This document shows positions 1 through 9,511 of a stretch of DNA of 64,000 nucleotides, piece after piece. Position 1 is the first letter of the stretch; each line of letters begins with the position of its first letter. Below the pieces are notes generated by a model. It did not search any database, was not told where the DNA came from, and was given only the letters and a program-made list of their open reading frames with translations. Origin of the DNA: an uncultured Rikenella sp. (lineage in GTDB: Bacteria > Bacteroidota > Bacteroidia > Bacteroidales > VadinHA17); NCBI GenBank assembly GCA_964455705.1, contig CAYVYM010000006.1, forward strand, positions 25,805 through 89,804, written 5' to 3'. Made by a program: the position numbers and the translations under genes.

Positions 1-1362
1 GGAGCCCGGCTCCATCACTCTTCCGGCCAGGGAGGCAATCAGCCTGCCGTCGGTATCATATATGCTCAGGGTCACATGTGATCTTTTTGTGATGGTGTAG
101 TGGATAACAGATTGTTCAGTGACAGGATTCGGAGTGATCTGCATGTTTCCGGCAGGTTCAGCCGTGGGCCCCTCCCCTGATGAGGTATAGCCTGCGATGA
201 AGGCTCTCTTCAGCCCTTCCCACAGTTCCGGTCTTCCGGCTTCGTAACTAAGGGCCCAGATGCCTATGCCGGCCAGGTTCATCTCCTTGGCGATATTGTT
301 TTTTATCCGGAGGCTGACGCTGTCATCGTACCACATCTGCCTCCACTGAGTTGTCTGATAGCTTATATACGGTACGCCTGTCACATCGTCAAAGATCCTG
401 GTATTGGAAGCGACCAGTCCAAGCGCGGTGTTGTAAATCCGTGATGTTCCCGTTCCCGTGGTGGCAGCCTTCCTCGCGCTGCTGGTGACAGGCCAGTCGT
501 ACCCGTACCACGGCACCCCGAGGAGCAGCTTGCCGGGAGGTACTCCGTCAGCAAAATAATCCTCATTGATGCTTTTCACAATGTTGTATGTCTCACCTGA
601 TACAGGAGCTACCGGCCCTGCGGTTGATGATCCGCTCCAATAGTAATTATACCCCATCATTATGATGTAATCGCAAATGCCGGCAAGGGCGCCGAGGTCC
701 CATCCGTCGGACCAGTTGACTGCCGGCGTGGCAAGCGATATCTCAGCATCAGGCATCACGGCCTTTATCCCTCTTACGGCCCTGCGGCAGAAAGAGACCA
801 TGTTTGCCTTCTGCGCTGCCGGAACAGACTCAAAGTCGAAGTTCACTCCGTCGCCGTTGCGCAGCTGCAGCTGGTTGATCACCGTGTTGATCAGGTTCCA
901 CTGCTTTACAGTATCGGTAAGTAGTTCAGTATTGCGTGCCGACCCGAAGTTGGTTACTGTCAGTGTCACTTTTACCCCTTTCACGTGAGCATAACTGATA
1001 ACAGAAGTGGTGTCCCATCCTCTCAGGGTTGTATATCCTCCTGTCGCGGTGTCAACCTCAAGGCTGAAGTATGCTATATGGGAGAGAGCGCTGTAATCAT
1101 AGAAGGTATATGCCATTGAACCTGCCCAGTATGGATGCCAGCCATATACCTTATGTGTCAGAGTGCCGGTACTCTTGCTCTTGAGCAGGGAGGGGAGGGC
1201 GGGCGAGAGGTCACCCCGAGTATGTAGATTACCGGTTATGCGTGAATAGAATTCACTCTCAGCCTGATGGATACCGACAAATGATGTGTCATATTCCTGG
1301 GCAGCTGCCACGAAAGATGCAACAGAAAACAGAATTGCGGTCAGTGTGGTCCTAATGCGCAT
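1..1362 (-). CDS. GH18 glycoside hydrolase (YaaH/chitinase-like) with a T9SS C-terminal sorting domain; the 3' end runs off the window
   Basis: Absent from the ORF track because no stop codon lies in the window. Manual minus-strand translation from the ATG at 1362 gives an open 454-codon frame. It has a signal peptide MRIRTTLTAILFSVASFVAAAQ, the GH18 catalytic block NGDGVNFDFE, and a tail ITPNPVTEQSVIHYTITKRSHVTLSIYDTDGRLIASL typical of type-A T9SS C-terminal domains. Confidence 0.8.
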   Translation of the reverse strand, partial: MRIRTTLTAILFSVASFVAAAQEYDTSFVGIHQAESEFYSRITGNLHTRGDLSPALPSLLKSKSTGTLTHKVYGWHPYWAGSMAYTFYDYSALSHIAYFSLEVDTATGGYTTLRGWDTTSVISYAHVKGVKVTLTVTNFGSARNTELLTDTVKQWNLINTVINQLQLRNGDGVNFDFESVPAAQKANMVSFCRRAVRGIKAVMPDAEISLATPAVNWSDGWDLGALAGICDYIIMMGYNYYWSGSSTAGPVAPVSGETYNIVKSINEDYFADGVPPGKLLLGVPWYGYDWPVTSSARKAATTGTGTSRIYNTALGLVASNTRIFDDVTGVPYISYQTTQWRQMWYDDSVSLRIKNNIAKEMNLAGIGIWALSYEAGRPELWEGLKRAFIAGYTSSGEGPTAEPAGNMQITPNPVTEQSVIHYTITKRSHVTLSIYDTDGRLIASLAGRVMEPGS

Positions 1363-1384
1363 GCATGCTGACTGAATGAATGTC

Positions 1385-2110
1385 TCAGCTGGTTTTAAAA
1401 TACTTCTTGTAAATCTCCATGTTACGCTCCAGGAGGCTGACGGAGACCTCGTAGGCCTTCCGGCTGTCCCTTTCCCTGAGAGCTTCAAGAAGCTCCAGCT
1501 GGTATTTCATTGTATATTCTTTTTCGCCTTCAATGTTTCCGTAGATCAGGTTCCTCATACGCGGCAGAAGGGAATAGACGGGTTCAAGGCTGATGATAAC
1601 AATTGGGTTGCCAGTGGCCTTTGAAAGATTCATGTGGAAGCGGTTGATGAGATCAACCTCAAGTTGGGTGTTGTCAGGATTGCATTTCTCCAGCTCGTGC
1701 TGGTTCTTCTGAAGGGTCCGGATGTCGTCATCGGTCCGGTTCCTCGCCGCAAGCCTTGCCACTTCAGGTTCAAAGAGCCGCCTCACCTCAATAATCTGGA
1801 GTATCAGGTCCGAGTTGAACCTCAGGTCATAAAAGAGATGCAGGGAGTTGATGGCATCCTCTATCTTCAGCTCGGAGATATACATACCGCTTCCCTTACG
1901 GATATCTATCAGTCCGCGTGCGCTCAGGCGACGCAGAGCCTCCCTGAGGGCCGTTCGGCTGACAGCGAACTGTCCGCATAGTTCCTTTTCCGTTGGCAGC
2001 TTGGAGCCCGGCAGGAGCTTCTTCTGTCTGATTGCTTCCTCAATCCTCCTCTCTATCTTCTGGCTGAGAGTGAGTCCTGAACCGATTTTGCTGAAGATAT
2101 CATTAGTCAT
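1385..2110 (-). CDS. GntR-family transcriptional regulator, FadR/FCD subfamily
   Basis: 241 aa. The N-terminal winged-helix block is PTEKELCGQFAVSRTALREALRRLSARGLIDIRKGSGMYI. An all-helical C-terminal effector half of about 150 aa follows. It is the last regulator-type gene of the murK-murQ transcription unit. Confidence 0.9.
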   Translation of the reverse strand: MTNDIFSKIGSGLTLSQKIERRIEEAIRQKKLLPGSKLPTEKELCGQFAVSRTALREALRRLSARGLIDIRKGSGMYISELKIEDAINSLHLFYDLRFNSDLILQIIEVRRLFEPEVARLAARNRTDDDIRTLQKNQHELEKCNPDNTQLEVDLINRFHMNLSKATGNPIVIISLEPVYSLLPRMRNLIYGNIEGEKEYTMKYQLELLEALRERDSRKAYEVSVSLLERNMEIYKKYFKTS

Positions 2111-2160
2111 GGCGGGTTATTTTATCAGGTCAGAATAATGTTTAAATCCTGATCTTTCCG

Positions 2161-3003
2161 TTATATATAGTTATCCCTGTAAAACTCCAGGGCTTTTTTA
2201 ACCGATCCCTGCTCGATGAGCAGAATACGGGCAGCCTCCCTTTGGATATTAAGCTCCTCCACAATCATCCTTGTGCCCCGTTCTATCAGCTTTTTATTGG
2301 TAAGCTGCATGTTAACCATTTTGTTGCCTTTGACCCTTCCGAGCTTTATCATGAGAGTGGTTGTGATCATATTGAGCACCAGCTTCTGGGCTGTGCCGGC
2401 CTTGAGCCTGGTACTTCCCGTGACAAACTCTGGTCCTACAACAACCACGACAGGAAATTCAGCGGCATCAACTATCGGGCCTGTCGGGTTGCATGTGATG
2501 CACCCTGTGAGGATGCCGTTATCCCTTGCCTTCTGTATGCCTCCTATGACATAGGGGGTAGTGCCGGAGGCTGCAATCCCGATTACTGAATCTTTTGTAT
2601 TGATATTGAATATTTCAAGTTCACTCCATGCTTTCAGCGGGTCATCTTCAGCAGACTCCACGGCCTTCCGGAGCGCTGTCTCTCCTCCTGCTATCAAACC
2701 TATGACCACCGTGTCAGGAACGCCAAAAGATGGAGGGACCTCAGATGCGTCGAGTACCCCAAGCCTGCCGCTGGTGCCTGCTCCCAGGTAAAAGAGCCTG
2801 CCACCCCTCTGCATCCGGCCCAGGATCTGATTTATCAGGATTCCTATTTGTGGGATGGCTTCCCTGACAGCAATATGTACCTTAGCATCTTCCTGATTTA
2901 TGTTAGTCAGCAGCTCGGTGACGGTCATCTTATCGAGATCCTCAAAATTAGAGGGTGATTCGGTTATGCTTAACGACTGCTTTATTAAAGCCTGTTTACT
3001 CAT
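2161..3003 (-). CDS. murQ: N-acetylmuramic acid 6-phosphate etherase
   Basis: 280-aa single-SIS protein. GGRLFYLGAGTSGRLGVLDASEVPPSFG and KAVESAEDD match the E. coli MurQ blocks LDASECPPTYG and AVEGAEDS. GSTRLKAGTAQKLVLNM is also present. Confidence 0.92.
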   Translation of the reverse strand: MSKQALIKQSLSITESPSNFEDLDKMTVTELLTNINQEDAKVHIAVREAIPQIGILINQILGRMQRGGRLFYLGAGTSGRLGVLDASEVPPSFGVPDTVVIGLIAGGETALRKAVESAEDDPLKAWSELEIFNINTKDSVIGIAASGTTPYVIGGIQKARDNGILTGCITCNPTGPIVDAAEFPVVVVVGPEFVTGSTRLKAGTAQKLVLNMITTTLMIKLGRVKGNKMVNMQLTNKKLIERGTRMIVEELNIQREAARILLIEQGSVKKALEFYRDNYI

Positions 3004-3007
3004 ACCT

Positions 3008-3856
3008 CTAAAAGTGTGAATTATGAATGTGAAACTTAACGAGGTTATCCATGGGAGAAGCGGTGAATATTCCGGGTTTCAGCCTGTGTTTTATCAGCAG
3101 CTCCTCAAGTAAGGGTCTGAAATGATATGCTATACTGCCCGTAAAATGAACCTCGTATTGTCTTGACTCCGGGTATGAGAGAACGTTACGCATTATGAAC
3201 TCGTCAAAACTCGAAACAATAATTGATCTTAGTTCGGGAATATGTAATTTATCATCAATGAACCGGGAAAACTGACCCAGGAACCGGTTGGGATAGGGCA
3301 TGTTGTAGACGTTTTCCAGGATTTCTGCAGGGGTAAATGGAAATGCCCTGAAAAAATCCACAATGATGTTTTCCGGCAATTGTTTCTTCAGAACACTAGA
3401 TACAATCTTTCTTCCTATCACTGCCCCGCCGCCTTCATCTCCCAGTATATAGCCCAGGGGCGGGACATTGGATACGATCTCCTTACCGTTGTAATAACAT
3501 GAGTTGGATCCTGTACCTATTATGCATGCTATCCCCGGATCATTCAAGCAGAGTGACCTTGCCGCACCGAGCAGGTCACTGCCGATAACAAGCTCCTTCG
3601 TGCCAAAGAATTCAGAAAGGGCTCGCCTCACAATATCTACCTTGGAGGCATGGCTCACTCCGGTTCCGTAAAAGAAGATGCGGCCCACACTTGCACCGCG
3701 CATCTCCGGTAACTCCCTGCGCAGGAGACGGATGATATCCTCACCTGAGATAAAAAATGGATTTAAACCTGAGGAGATGTATGACTTCCCGGGAACACCA
3801 TCTTTCACTACCATCCATTCGGTCTTTGTGGAACCGCTGTCAGCAATCAGCATCAT
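3008..3856 (-). CDS. murK: BadF/BadG/BcrA/BcrD-type sugar kinase (MurNAc/GlcNAc kinase, MurK-like)
   Basis: 282 aa. It has the ASKHA phosphate-1 motif MLIADSGSTKTEW and the GTGSNS block. It ends 4 bp upstream of murQ, the same arrangement as the Tannerella forsythia murK-murQ pair (recalled from memory). Confidence 0.65.
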   Translation of the reverse strand: MMLIADSGSTKTEWMVVKDGVPGKSYISSGLNPFFISGEDIIRLLRRELPEMRGASVGRIFFYGTGVSHASKVDIVRRALSEFFGTKELVIGSDLLGAARSLCLNDPGIACIIGTGSNSCYYNGKEIVSNVPPLGYILGDEGGGAVIGRKIVSSVLKKQLPENIIVDFFRAFPFTPAEILENVYNMPYPNRFLGQFSRFIDDKLHIPELRSIIVSSFDEFIMRNVLSYPESRQYEVHFTGSIAYHFRPLLEELLIKHRLKPGIFTASPMDNLVKFHIHNSHF

Positions 3857-3935
3857 ACGTGCAGGGAAATTGTTATTTACTTTTGTTCAGTTAATTAGGA
3901 GAAAAATAATCAATCTTCGCTTGAATGTGCATCAC

Positions 3936-3947
3936 TCGTAATAACAA
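3936..3947. promoter_or_regulatory. Degenerate operator-like site TCGTAATAACAA in the murK / amidase-like divergent region
   Basis: It has a GT-N4-AC core with one extra central base. It overlaps a minus-strand -7 box TATATTTG (3952-3945) upstream of murK-murQ-gntR. The match is weak. Confidence 0.3.
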
Positions 3948-4011
3948 ATATAAATAAAAATATTGAATAATCAGTTTTTTGTCAGATGTATGACATATTT
4001 AAAAAACTTTC

Positions 4012-4019
4012 TATTTTTG
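4012..4019 (+). promoter_or_regulatory. Bacteroidota-type -7 promoter box TATTTTTG upstream of the nine-gene plus-strand operon
   Basis: It matches TAnnTTTG and is 35 bp upstream of the ATG at 4054. The inverted repeat TGTCA-N6-TGACA (3980-3995) lies just upstream. Confidence 0.45.
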
Positions 4020-4053
4020 AATCTTATTTACTATATTAAGCAAAATCAATTCC

Positions 4054-7000
4054 ATGATGCGAGTTTCCCATCTCATTCATTACGTTGTATTTACGCTTAT
4101 CATGTTTGCCGTGCCGGCAAGCCTCTGCGGCCAGAAGGCCGGCAGGGCGGAGAGAGCTGCTGAGAACAGGCTTAAAGATTGGACAAGTACTGTTGAAGGG
4201 TGGCATTTCCCTGAAAAACTAAAGATTGATTCTCTCAGGGTTGACCAGGAGACAAAGGAGGTGAACATATGGTTCCCCGTCACCCTCTCATATAATCCCC
4301 TGAGAGAGGAGAACACCACGAGGCTTGTCACTTCGCTCAGGGATGAGCTCGGGAGAAAGTTTAGCGGTTACGATATCAATATATTTACCAACGGGTTTAG
4401 TATAAACCGGCTAATACCGAATTACTTCAGGTATATCACCCCGCATGATATGTCAAGGATACCGCCGGCCCCGGGTGAGAGGCCTGCTATTGTCAACCGT
4501 ATTGACAGGGTCAGCGCATCTGAAGGACTTGACGGAAGGTACATTGCCATGTGGCACAGCCATGGTTACTATTTTGACATGCCCCTCGACAGGTGGGAGT
4601 GGCAGCGTGCAAAACTCTTCGGCAGTGTTGAAGATCTTTCAGTGATGGCTTATGTGATTCCCTACCTGGCGCCTATGCTTGAAAACTCCGGTGCAACCCT
4701 GTTCCTGCCGCGAGAGAGAGATATCCAGTCAAATGAGGTAATTGTTGATAACGACCGTTCAACGGGAAGATCTGAATTTGTATTACATATTTCCACTCCA
4801 GCTGTGGAGGCCGGCAGGGGCTTTCTCCTGAGAGATACGCTTTTTACCGGAGACAATCCCTTCCTTATGGGCACCTCACTGCTGATCGGTGACGGCTTGG
4901 CAGAATATGTCCCTGAAATTCCCGAAAAGGGCTACTACGGTGTTACTGTCTCCTATCCACAACTGAAAGATAACGGCGGCAAGGTCCTGGTGAAGGTCAT
5001 GCACACCGGGGGGAGCACTGACTTCATTGTTGACCAGGCAATGGGAGGAGGCACATGGCTCTGGCTGGGATCTTTCAAGTTTGATGAAGGTATTAACCAC
5101 GCCAGGGGCTCGGTCACGATATCGGGTTATGATGGATCGGCGGCAGCTGTTGATGCCGTCCGTTTTGGCGGAGGCATGGGTAATGTTGCGCGGCGGCCTG
5201 CCGCAACGGTTATTTCCAACCAGTGGTCGCTCAACGCGGGCAGCCAGTCGCAGGAAGCCGGTCCTGTGTCAGACAGTATAACCTATAGCTGGAAGCTGAG
5301 CAGCAAACCCCGTTACCTCGAGGCTGCCCGCTACTGGCTACAGTATGCAGGCATGCCTGACACCCTTGTCTACACAATAAACAGAGGGAAGAACGATTAC
5401 AACGATGATTACATGTCACGTTCCGAATGGGTCAATTACCTTCTCCGCAAGCCGGACAGTGCAGGGCTCACAGGTATGGGCATTCCTTTGGACCTCTCCT
5501 TTGCATTCCATACCGATGCCGGAGTAACACCTGATGATTCCGTAATAGGCACCCTTGGCATTTATTCGACCCTTTCAAACCAGGGTCTGTTCCCCGACGG
5601 GACCAGCCGTCTTGCAAGTCGCGACCTTACTGATATTATCCAGACGCAGATCGTTGAGGATATCAGGGTGCTGTTTAACCCTGAGTGGACCCGTCGGGGG
5701 CTGTGGGACAGGTCATACTACGAAGCCCGCAAGCCTGACGTACCCGCCATGCTCCTTGAGCTATTGTCACATCAGAACCTTGCTGACCAGCGATACGGAT
5801 TTGACCCCCGTTTCAGGTTTCATGTCAGCCGGGCAGTCTACAAGGGCATCCTGAGGTACCTGGCAACTGCTTCAGGGACAGGTTATAGTGTTCATCCGCT
5901 TCCGGTATCTCACATGGCCCTGGCACACACCGGAGATATGAGCGTCAGGGTCAGTTGGGAGCCGGTAAATGACCCCCTGGAATCAACGGCGGTTCCATCC
6001 TCATACAGGGTATACATGCGCACCGGTGACGGAGGGTTTGACAATGGGACCCCTGTTAACGGTAACTATTTTGAAACAGAACTGCCATCTTATAACACCG
6101 CGTACAGTTTCCGGGTAACCGCCGTGAACGACGGTGGTGAGAGTTTCCCTTCCGAGACATTGTCAGTGGGACTGGTTCCGGAATCTGAAGGTACGGTGCT
6201 GATAGTCAATGGATTTGACCGCATATCGGGCCCTGCGTGGTTCGACCGCGGAGGAATGGCCGGCGTAGCCTGGTGGAATGACCGCGGAGTGGCCGATCAT
6301 TACAACTTCGTCAGCGTGGGCGACCAGTATGACTTTGACCGCAAGTCGCCGTGGACTGACGACGACAATGCCGGGTGGGGCTCATCATACTCTGACAGCG
6401 AGGGCCGGGTCATCGCAGGAAACACCTTTGACTTTCCATATATTCATGGCCTCTCTGTCATGGCTGCCGGAAAATCATTCGTTTCAGTGAGTGATGAGGT
6501 GTTCAACAGGGAAGATTTTGATCTGGATCCCTGGTGTGCTGTTGACCTGTTGTTTGGAGAAGAAAAGGCCACGGCATCAGCATATGATCCGGTGAAGAAG
6601 GATTTTCAGATATACACACCGGAGTTCCTGAGGAGTCTTGAGAGGCTGAAGGAGGCCTCTCTTCCGGTCTTTATGTCGGGGGCTTACCCGGGTACTGACC
6701 TGGTCATGCTGGCTGATACGGCGACTGCCGCAAGAGTGATGAAAACCCTGCATTTCAAACCCCGCACAGACCATGCCGTAAACACAGGCAGTCTCTATGC
6801 CACAGATATTGCCGGGCCGGACTTCACCGGCAGCTACAGCTTCAACACCGGATCAGTTGATGACATATATGCCGCTGAGGCTCCTGATGCCATCGAGCCG
6901 GCTGACAAGCTCTCAGCCACAGCATTCCGGTACACTGAGAACAATACTTCTGCCGCTGTCATGCACAGGGGTGAGGTGAGGAGCTTCGTCATGGGATTTC

Positions 7001-7080
7001 CCTTTGAAACAATAATGTCACAGGACGAGAGAGACGAGCTCATGAAACAGATACTGAACTTTTTACTGAAAATAAAATAG
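4054..7080 (+). CDS. Exported 1008-aa multidomain protein: Amidase_3-like (N-acetylmuramoyl-L-alanine amidase-like) core, Fn3 domain and an unassigned C-terminal domain
   Basis: Signal peptide MMRVSHLIHYVVFTLIMFAVPASLCGQ. The blocks WHSHGYYF, SFAFHTDAG and VPAMLLELLSHQNLADQRY resemble the Zn-ligand and C-terminal blocks of MurNAc-LAA amidases. The Fn3-like segment is SVRVSWEPV...YSFRVTAVNDGGESFPS. The last 300 aa or so have no motif I recognise. Confidence 0.55.
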   Translation: MMRVSHLIHYVVFTLIMFAVPASLCGQKAGRAERAAENRLKDWTSTVEGWHFPEKLKIDSLRVDQETKEVNIWFPVTLSYNPLREENTTRLVTSLRDELGRKFSGYDINIFTNGFSINRLIPNYFRYITPHDMSRIPPAPGERPAIVNRIDRVSASEGLDGRYIAMWHSHGYYFDMPLDRWEWQRAKLFGSVEDLSVMAYVIPYLAPMLENSGATLFLPRERDIQSNEVIVDNDRSTGRSEFVLHISTPAVEAGRGFLLRDTLFTGDNPFLMGTSLLIGDGLAEYVPEIPEKGYYGVTVSYPQLKDNGGKVLVKVMHTGGSTDFIVDQAMGGGTWLWLGSFKFDEGINHARGSVTISGYDGSAAAVDAVRFGGGMGNVARRPAATVISNQWSLNAGSQSQEAGPVSDSITYSWKLSSKPRYLEAARYWLQYAGMPDTLVYTINRGKNDYNDDYMSRSEWVNYLLRKPDSAGLTGMGIPLDLSFAFHTDAGVTPDDSVIGTLGIYSTLSNQGLFPDGTSRLASRDLTDIIQTQIVEDIRVLFNPEWTRRGLWDRSYYEARKPDVPAMLLELLSHQNLADQRYGFDPRFRFHVSRAVYKGILRYLATASGTGYSVHPLPVSHMALAHTGDMSVRVSWEPVNDPLESTAVPSSYRVYMRTGDGGFDNGTPVNGNYFETELPSYNTAYSFRVTAVNDGGESFPSETLSVGLVPESEGTVLIVNGFDRISGPAWFDRGGMAGVAWWNDRGVADHYNFVSVGDQYDFDRKSPWTDDDNAGWGSSYSDSEGRVIAGNTFDFPYIHGLSVMAAGKSFVSVSDEVFNREDFDLDPWCAVDLLFGEEKATASAYDPVKKDFQIYTPEFLRSLERLKEASLPVFMSGAYPGTDLVMLADTATAARVMKTLHFKPRTDHAVNTGSLYATDIAGPDFTGSYSFNTGSVDDIYAAEAPDAIEPADKLSATAFRYTENNTSAAVMHRGEVRSFVMGFPFETIMSQDERDELMKQILNFLLKIK

Positions 7081-7089
7081 CGGGATTCA

Positions 7090-8565
7090 ATGGATAATTC
7101 AATAACATGCTTCTTACCCTGGTCTGACTCGGCATCAGTCGCTGCAACAGTCAGTTCAATGAGAGCCTCCGGCGTTGTCAGCAAGATCTTTGTTGTGGTT
7201 GCGCCTGATCATCAGGAGACATTGCCGGGTGTTGAGGCCGATTACCTTCGCTCTGCCGGATTTGCTACCACCGATGCCCTGAAAAAAATGGCTGCCGTGA
7301 CTGACACTGACTTTGCTGTCACTTACAGCAAGGGCTTTCCTCTTGACCTCGGAAGTTTCGCCTTCAGCAGGATGATGCAGATCTGTAATGATACCGGGGC
7401 AGGAATGGTCTACTCAGATTATTTCGAAAGTAAGAACGGGGCCCTCTCTCCTCATCCCCTCATCGATTACCAGGAGGGAAGCCTTCGTGATGATTTCAAT
7501 TTCGGCTCTGTCATCCTCTGTAACGCAAAAGCATTCAGTGAAGCATGCAAGCGGATGGATGAAGATTACGGTTATGCCGGCCTGTATGACCTGAGGCTGA
7601 AAATTTCGCAGACGCACCCGATTGTGCACATCCAGGAGATGCTCTATACGGAGGTTGAGACCGATACCCGCAAGTCGGGCGAGAAGCAGTTCGATTATGT
7701 TGACCCGCGCAACAGGGCGGTGCAGGTTGAGATGGAGAACGCCTGCACCCATCACCTGAAATGCATCAACGCATGGTTAAAGCCTCATTTCCGTGATATA
7801 AAATTTGACGATCAGAGTTTTGATTTTGACGCCTCGGTGGTTATCCCGGTCAGAAACAGGGTCAGAACCATAGGTGATGCAATTGAATCTGTGCTGAGCC
7901 AGAAGACAAAGTACCGGTTCAATCTCATCATAGTAGACAATTACTCCACTGACGGCACAACCGATGTGATCAGATCATTTGCCGGTGATGAAAGGGTGGT
8001 GCATATCATACCTGAGAGAAAGGACCTTGGTATCGGAGGATGCTGGAATGAGGCCGTCATGAGTGAGAAATGCGGCAGGTTCGCCATTCAGCTCGACAGT
8101 GATGATCTTTATATTGATGACCTGGTAATCACACGGGTTATAGATGCCTTCCTTGATCAGCAGTGCGCTATGGTGGTCGGATCTTACAGGATGGTTAACT
8201 TTGACCTGAAGGAAATTCCTCCGGGACTGATAGATCACAGGGAGTGGACCCCTGACAACGGACGCAACAATGCACTCAGGATTAACGGTCTGGGTGCCCC
8301 GAGGGCATTCTACACGCCTGTCCTGAGGAGTATCAGGATTCCCAATGTAAGCTACGGAGAGGATTATGCAGTTGGGCTGGCAATAAGCCGTCACTACCGG
8401 ATCGGACGCATTTACGACCCGCTGTATCTTTGCCGCAGGTGGGATGAGAATTCGGATGCCATACTGGATGTGGGTAAGATGAATACGCACAATCTCTATA
8501 AAGACAAGATAAGGACAATTGAGCTCCTCGCCCGGAAACGGATGATGAGCAGTATTGATGATTAA
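7090..8565 (+). CDS. Family 2 glycosyltransferase with an extra N-terminal domain of about 250 aa
   Basis: The C-terminal half carries the GT-A/GT2 blocks VVIPVRNRVRTIGDAIESVLSQ, LIIVDNYSTDGT and QLDSDDLY (DxD). There is no signal peptide or TM segment. Confidence 0.8.
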   Translation: MDNSITCFLPWSDSASVAATVSSMRASGVVSKIFVVVAPDHQETLPGVEADYLRSAGFATTDALKKMAAVTDTDFAVTYSKGFPLDLGSFAFSRMMQICNDTGAGMVYSDYFESKNGALSPHPLIDYQEGSLRDDFNFGSVILCNAKAFSEACKRMDEDYGYAGLYDLRLKISQTHPIVHIQEMLYTEVETDTRKSGEKQFDYVDPRNRAVQVEMENACTHHLKCINAWLKPHFRDIKFDDQSFDFDASVVIPVRNRVRTIGDAIESVLSQKTKYRFNLIIVDNYSTDGTTDVIRSFAGDERVVHIIPERKDLGIGGCWNEAVMSEKCGRFAIQLDSDDLYIDDLVITRVIDAFLDQQCAMVVGSYRMVNFDLKEIPPGLIDHREWTPDNGRNNALRINGLGAPRAFYTPVLRSIRIPNVSYGEDYAVGLAISRHYRIGRIYDPLYLCRRWDENSDAILDVGKMNTHNLYKDKIRTIELLARKRMMSSIDD

Positions 8566-9511
8566 CCAACTTATGAAGGACTTTTCCGCTAAAATAAGAG
8601 ATCTTTTTGAAGGCCAGTTCAGGGAGTGGAGCCTGGCCCGGGACAATTACAGGCAGCTTGACGAGGTGAGGGTCCGGAAGGTCCCATTCAACGGTTACGA
8701 TATTGCCGTCCAGTACAACCCCGGAAGGATAATCTCGTCTGCTGCAAAGGTTGATGCAAAGTCGATAGAGGCCAGGCCCTGCTTTCTTTGTGACAGAAAC
8801 CGGCCGCCGGAACAGAGGGGTATCGGATTCGCCGGGAGCTATATCATACTGATAAACCCGTTCCCCATATTCCGGAGACACCTGACAATCGTGTCCGGAT
8901 CTCATAGCCCCCAGCGCATATCAGGAAGCTTCCCTGAAATGCTGGCAATGGCAGAGGCGCTACCCGGGTATGTCATATTTTATAACGGACCCCAATGCGG
9001 GGCATCGGCTCCCGATCACCTGCACTTTCAGGCCGGCAACAAGGGGTTTCTTCCGTTGGAGCAGGATTTCAGCAATCCGCAGCTTTGCTCAAAAGAGACA
9101 GCCTCCGGTGGCATTGAACTATGGCGGTGGCATAATTATGGCCGGGGCATGATGACTCTTACCGGATCTGACAGCGAGGCAATTGTCAATACATTCAATA
9201 AATTCCATGAGAGATTTGCGCCTCTCCAGCCAGACAGACCGGAACCCATGCTGAATATAATTGCGTACCATACCGGAGATAAATGGTTAGTGCATATCAT
9301 ACCGCGTAAAATCCACAGACCGGCATGTTATTTTTCCGGGGGAGATGAAAAAATCCTGCTCAGTCCTGCTTCAGTTGACTTAGGTGGAGTGTTCATTACA
9401 CCTCGCGAAGAGGATTATGAAAAAATCACCGCCACTGACATTGCAGGAATAATAAAAGAGGTGTGCCTTGACGAGGAAGAGCTTAAAACATTAACTCTAA
9501 ACCTGATATGA
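8558..9511 (+). CDS. DUF4922-like protein of the GalT/HIT-branch nucleotidyl transferase/phosphorylase fold
   Basis: The HxHxQ motif SAPDHLHFQAG is at 9017-9031. RHLTIVSGSH and CFLCDRN blocks are present. The ATG at 8558 overlaps the GT2 stop (8563-8565); an alternative ATG lies at 8573. The stop overlaps the next start (ATGA at 9508-9511). Confidence 0.6.
   Translation: MINQLMKDFSAKIRDLFEGQFREWSLARDNYRQLDEVRVRKVPFNGYDIAVQYNPGRIISSAAKVDAKSIEARPCFLCDRNRPPEQRGIGFAGSYIILINPFPIFRRHLTIVSGSHSPQRISGSFPEMLAMAEALPGYVIFYNGPQCGASAPDHLHFQAGNKGFLPLEQDFSNPQLCSKETASGGIELWRWHNYGRGMMTLTGSDSEAIVNTFNKFHERFAPLQPDRPEPMLNIIAYHTGDKWLVHIIPRKIHRPACYFSGGDEKILLSPASVDLGGVFITPREEDYEKITATDIAGIIKEVCLDEEELKTLTLNLI

Noticed and set aside
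3980-3995. The inverted repeat TGTCA-N6-TGACA in the murK / amidase-like divergent region was considered as a second operator type.
   Set aside because: It occurs only once in the window and matches no known binding protein here. It is noted in the promoter feature but not called as a regulatory site.
7975-8905. Two long minus-strand ORFs (223 aa at 7975-8646 and 190 aa at 8333-8905) overlap the GT2 and DUF4922 genes.
   Set aside because: They lie antisense to genes with clear family motifs. Their sequences are Arg/Pro/Ser/His-rich with no recognisable domain. These are typical shadow ORFs of a GC-rich coding region.
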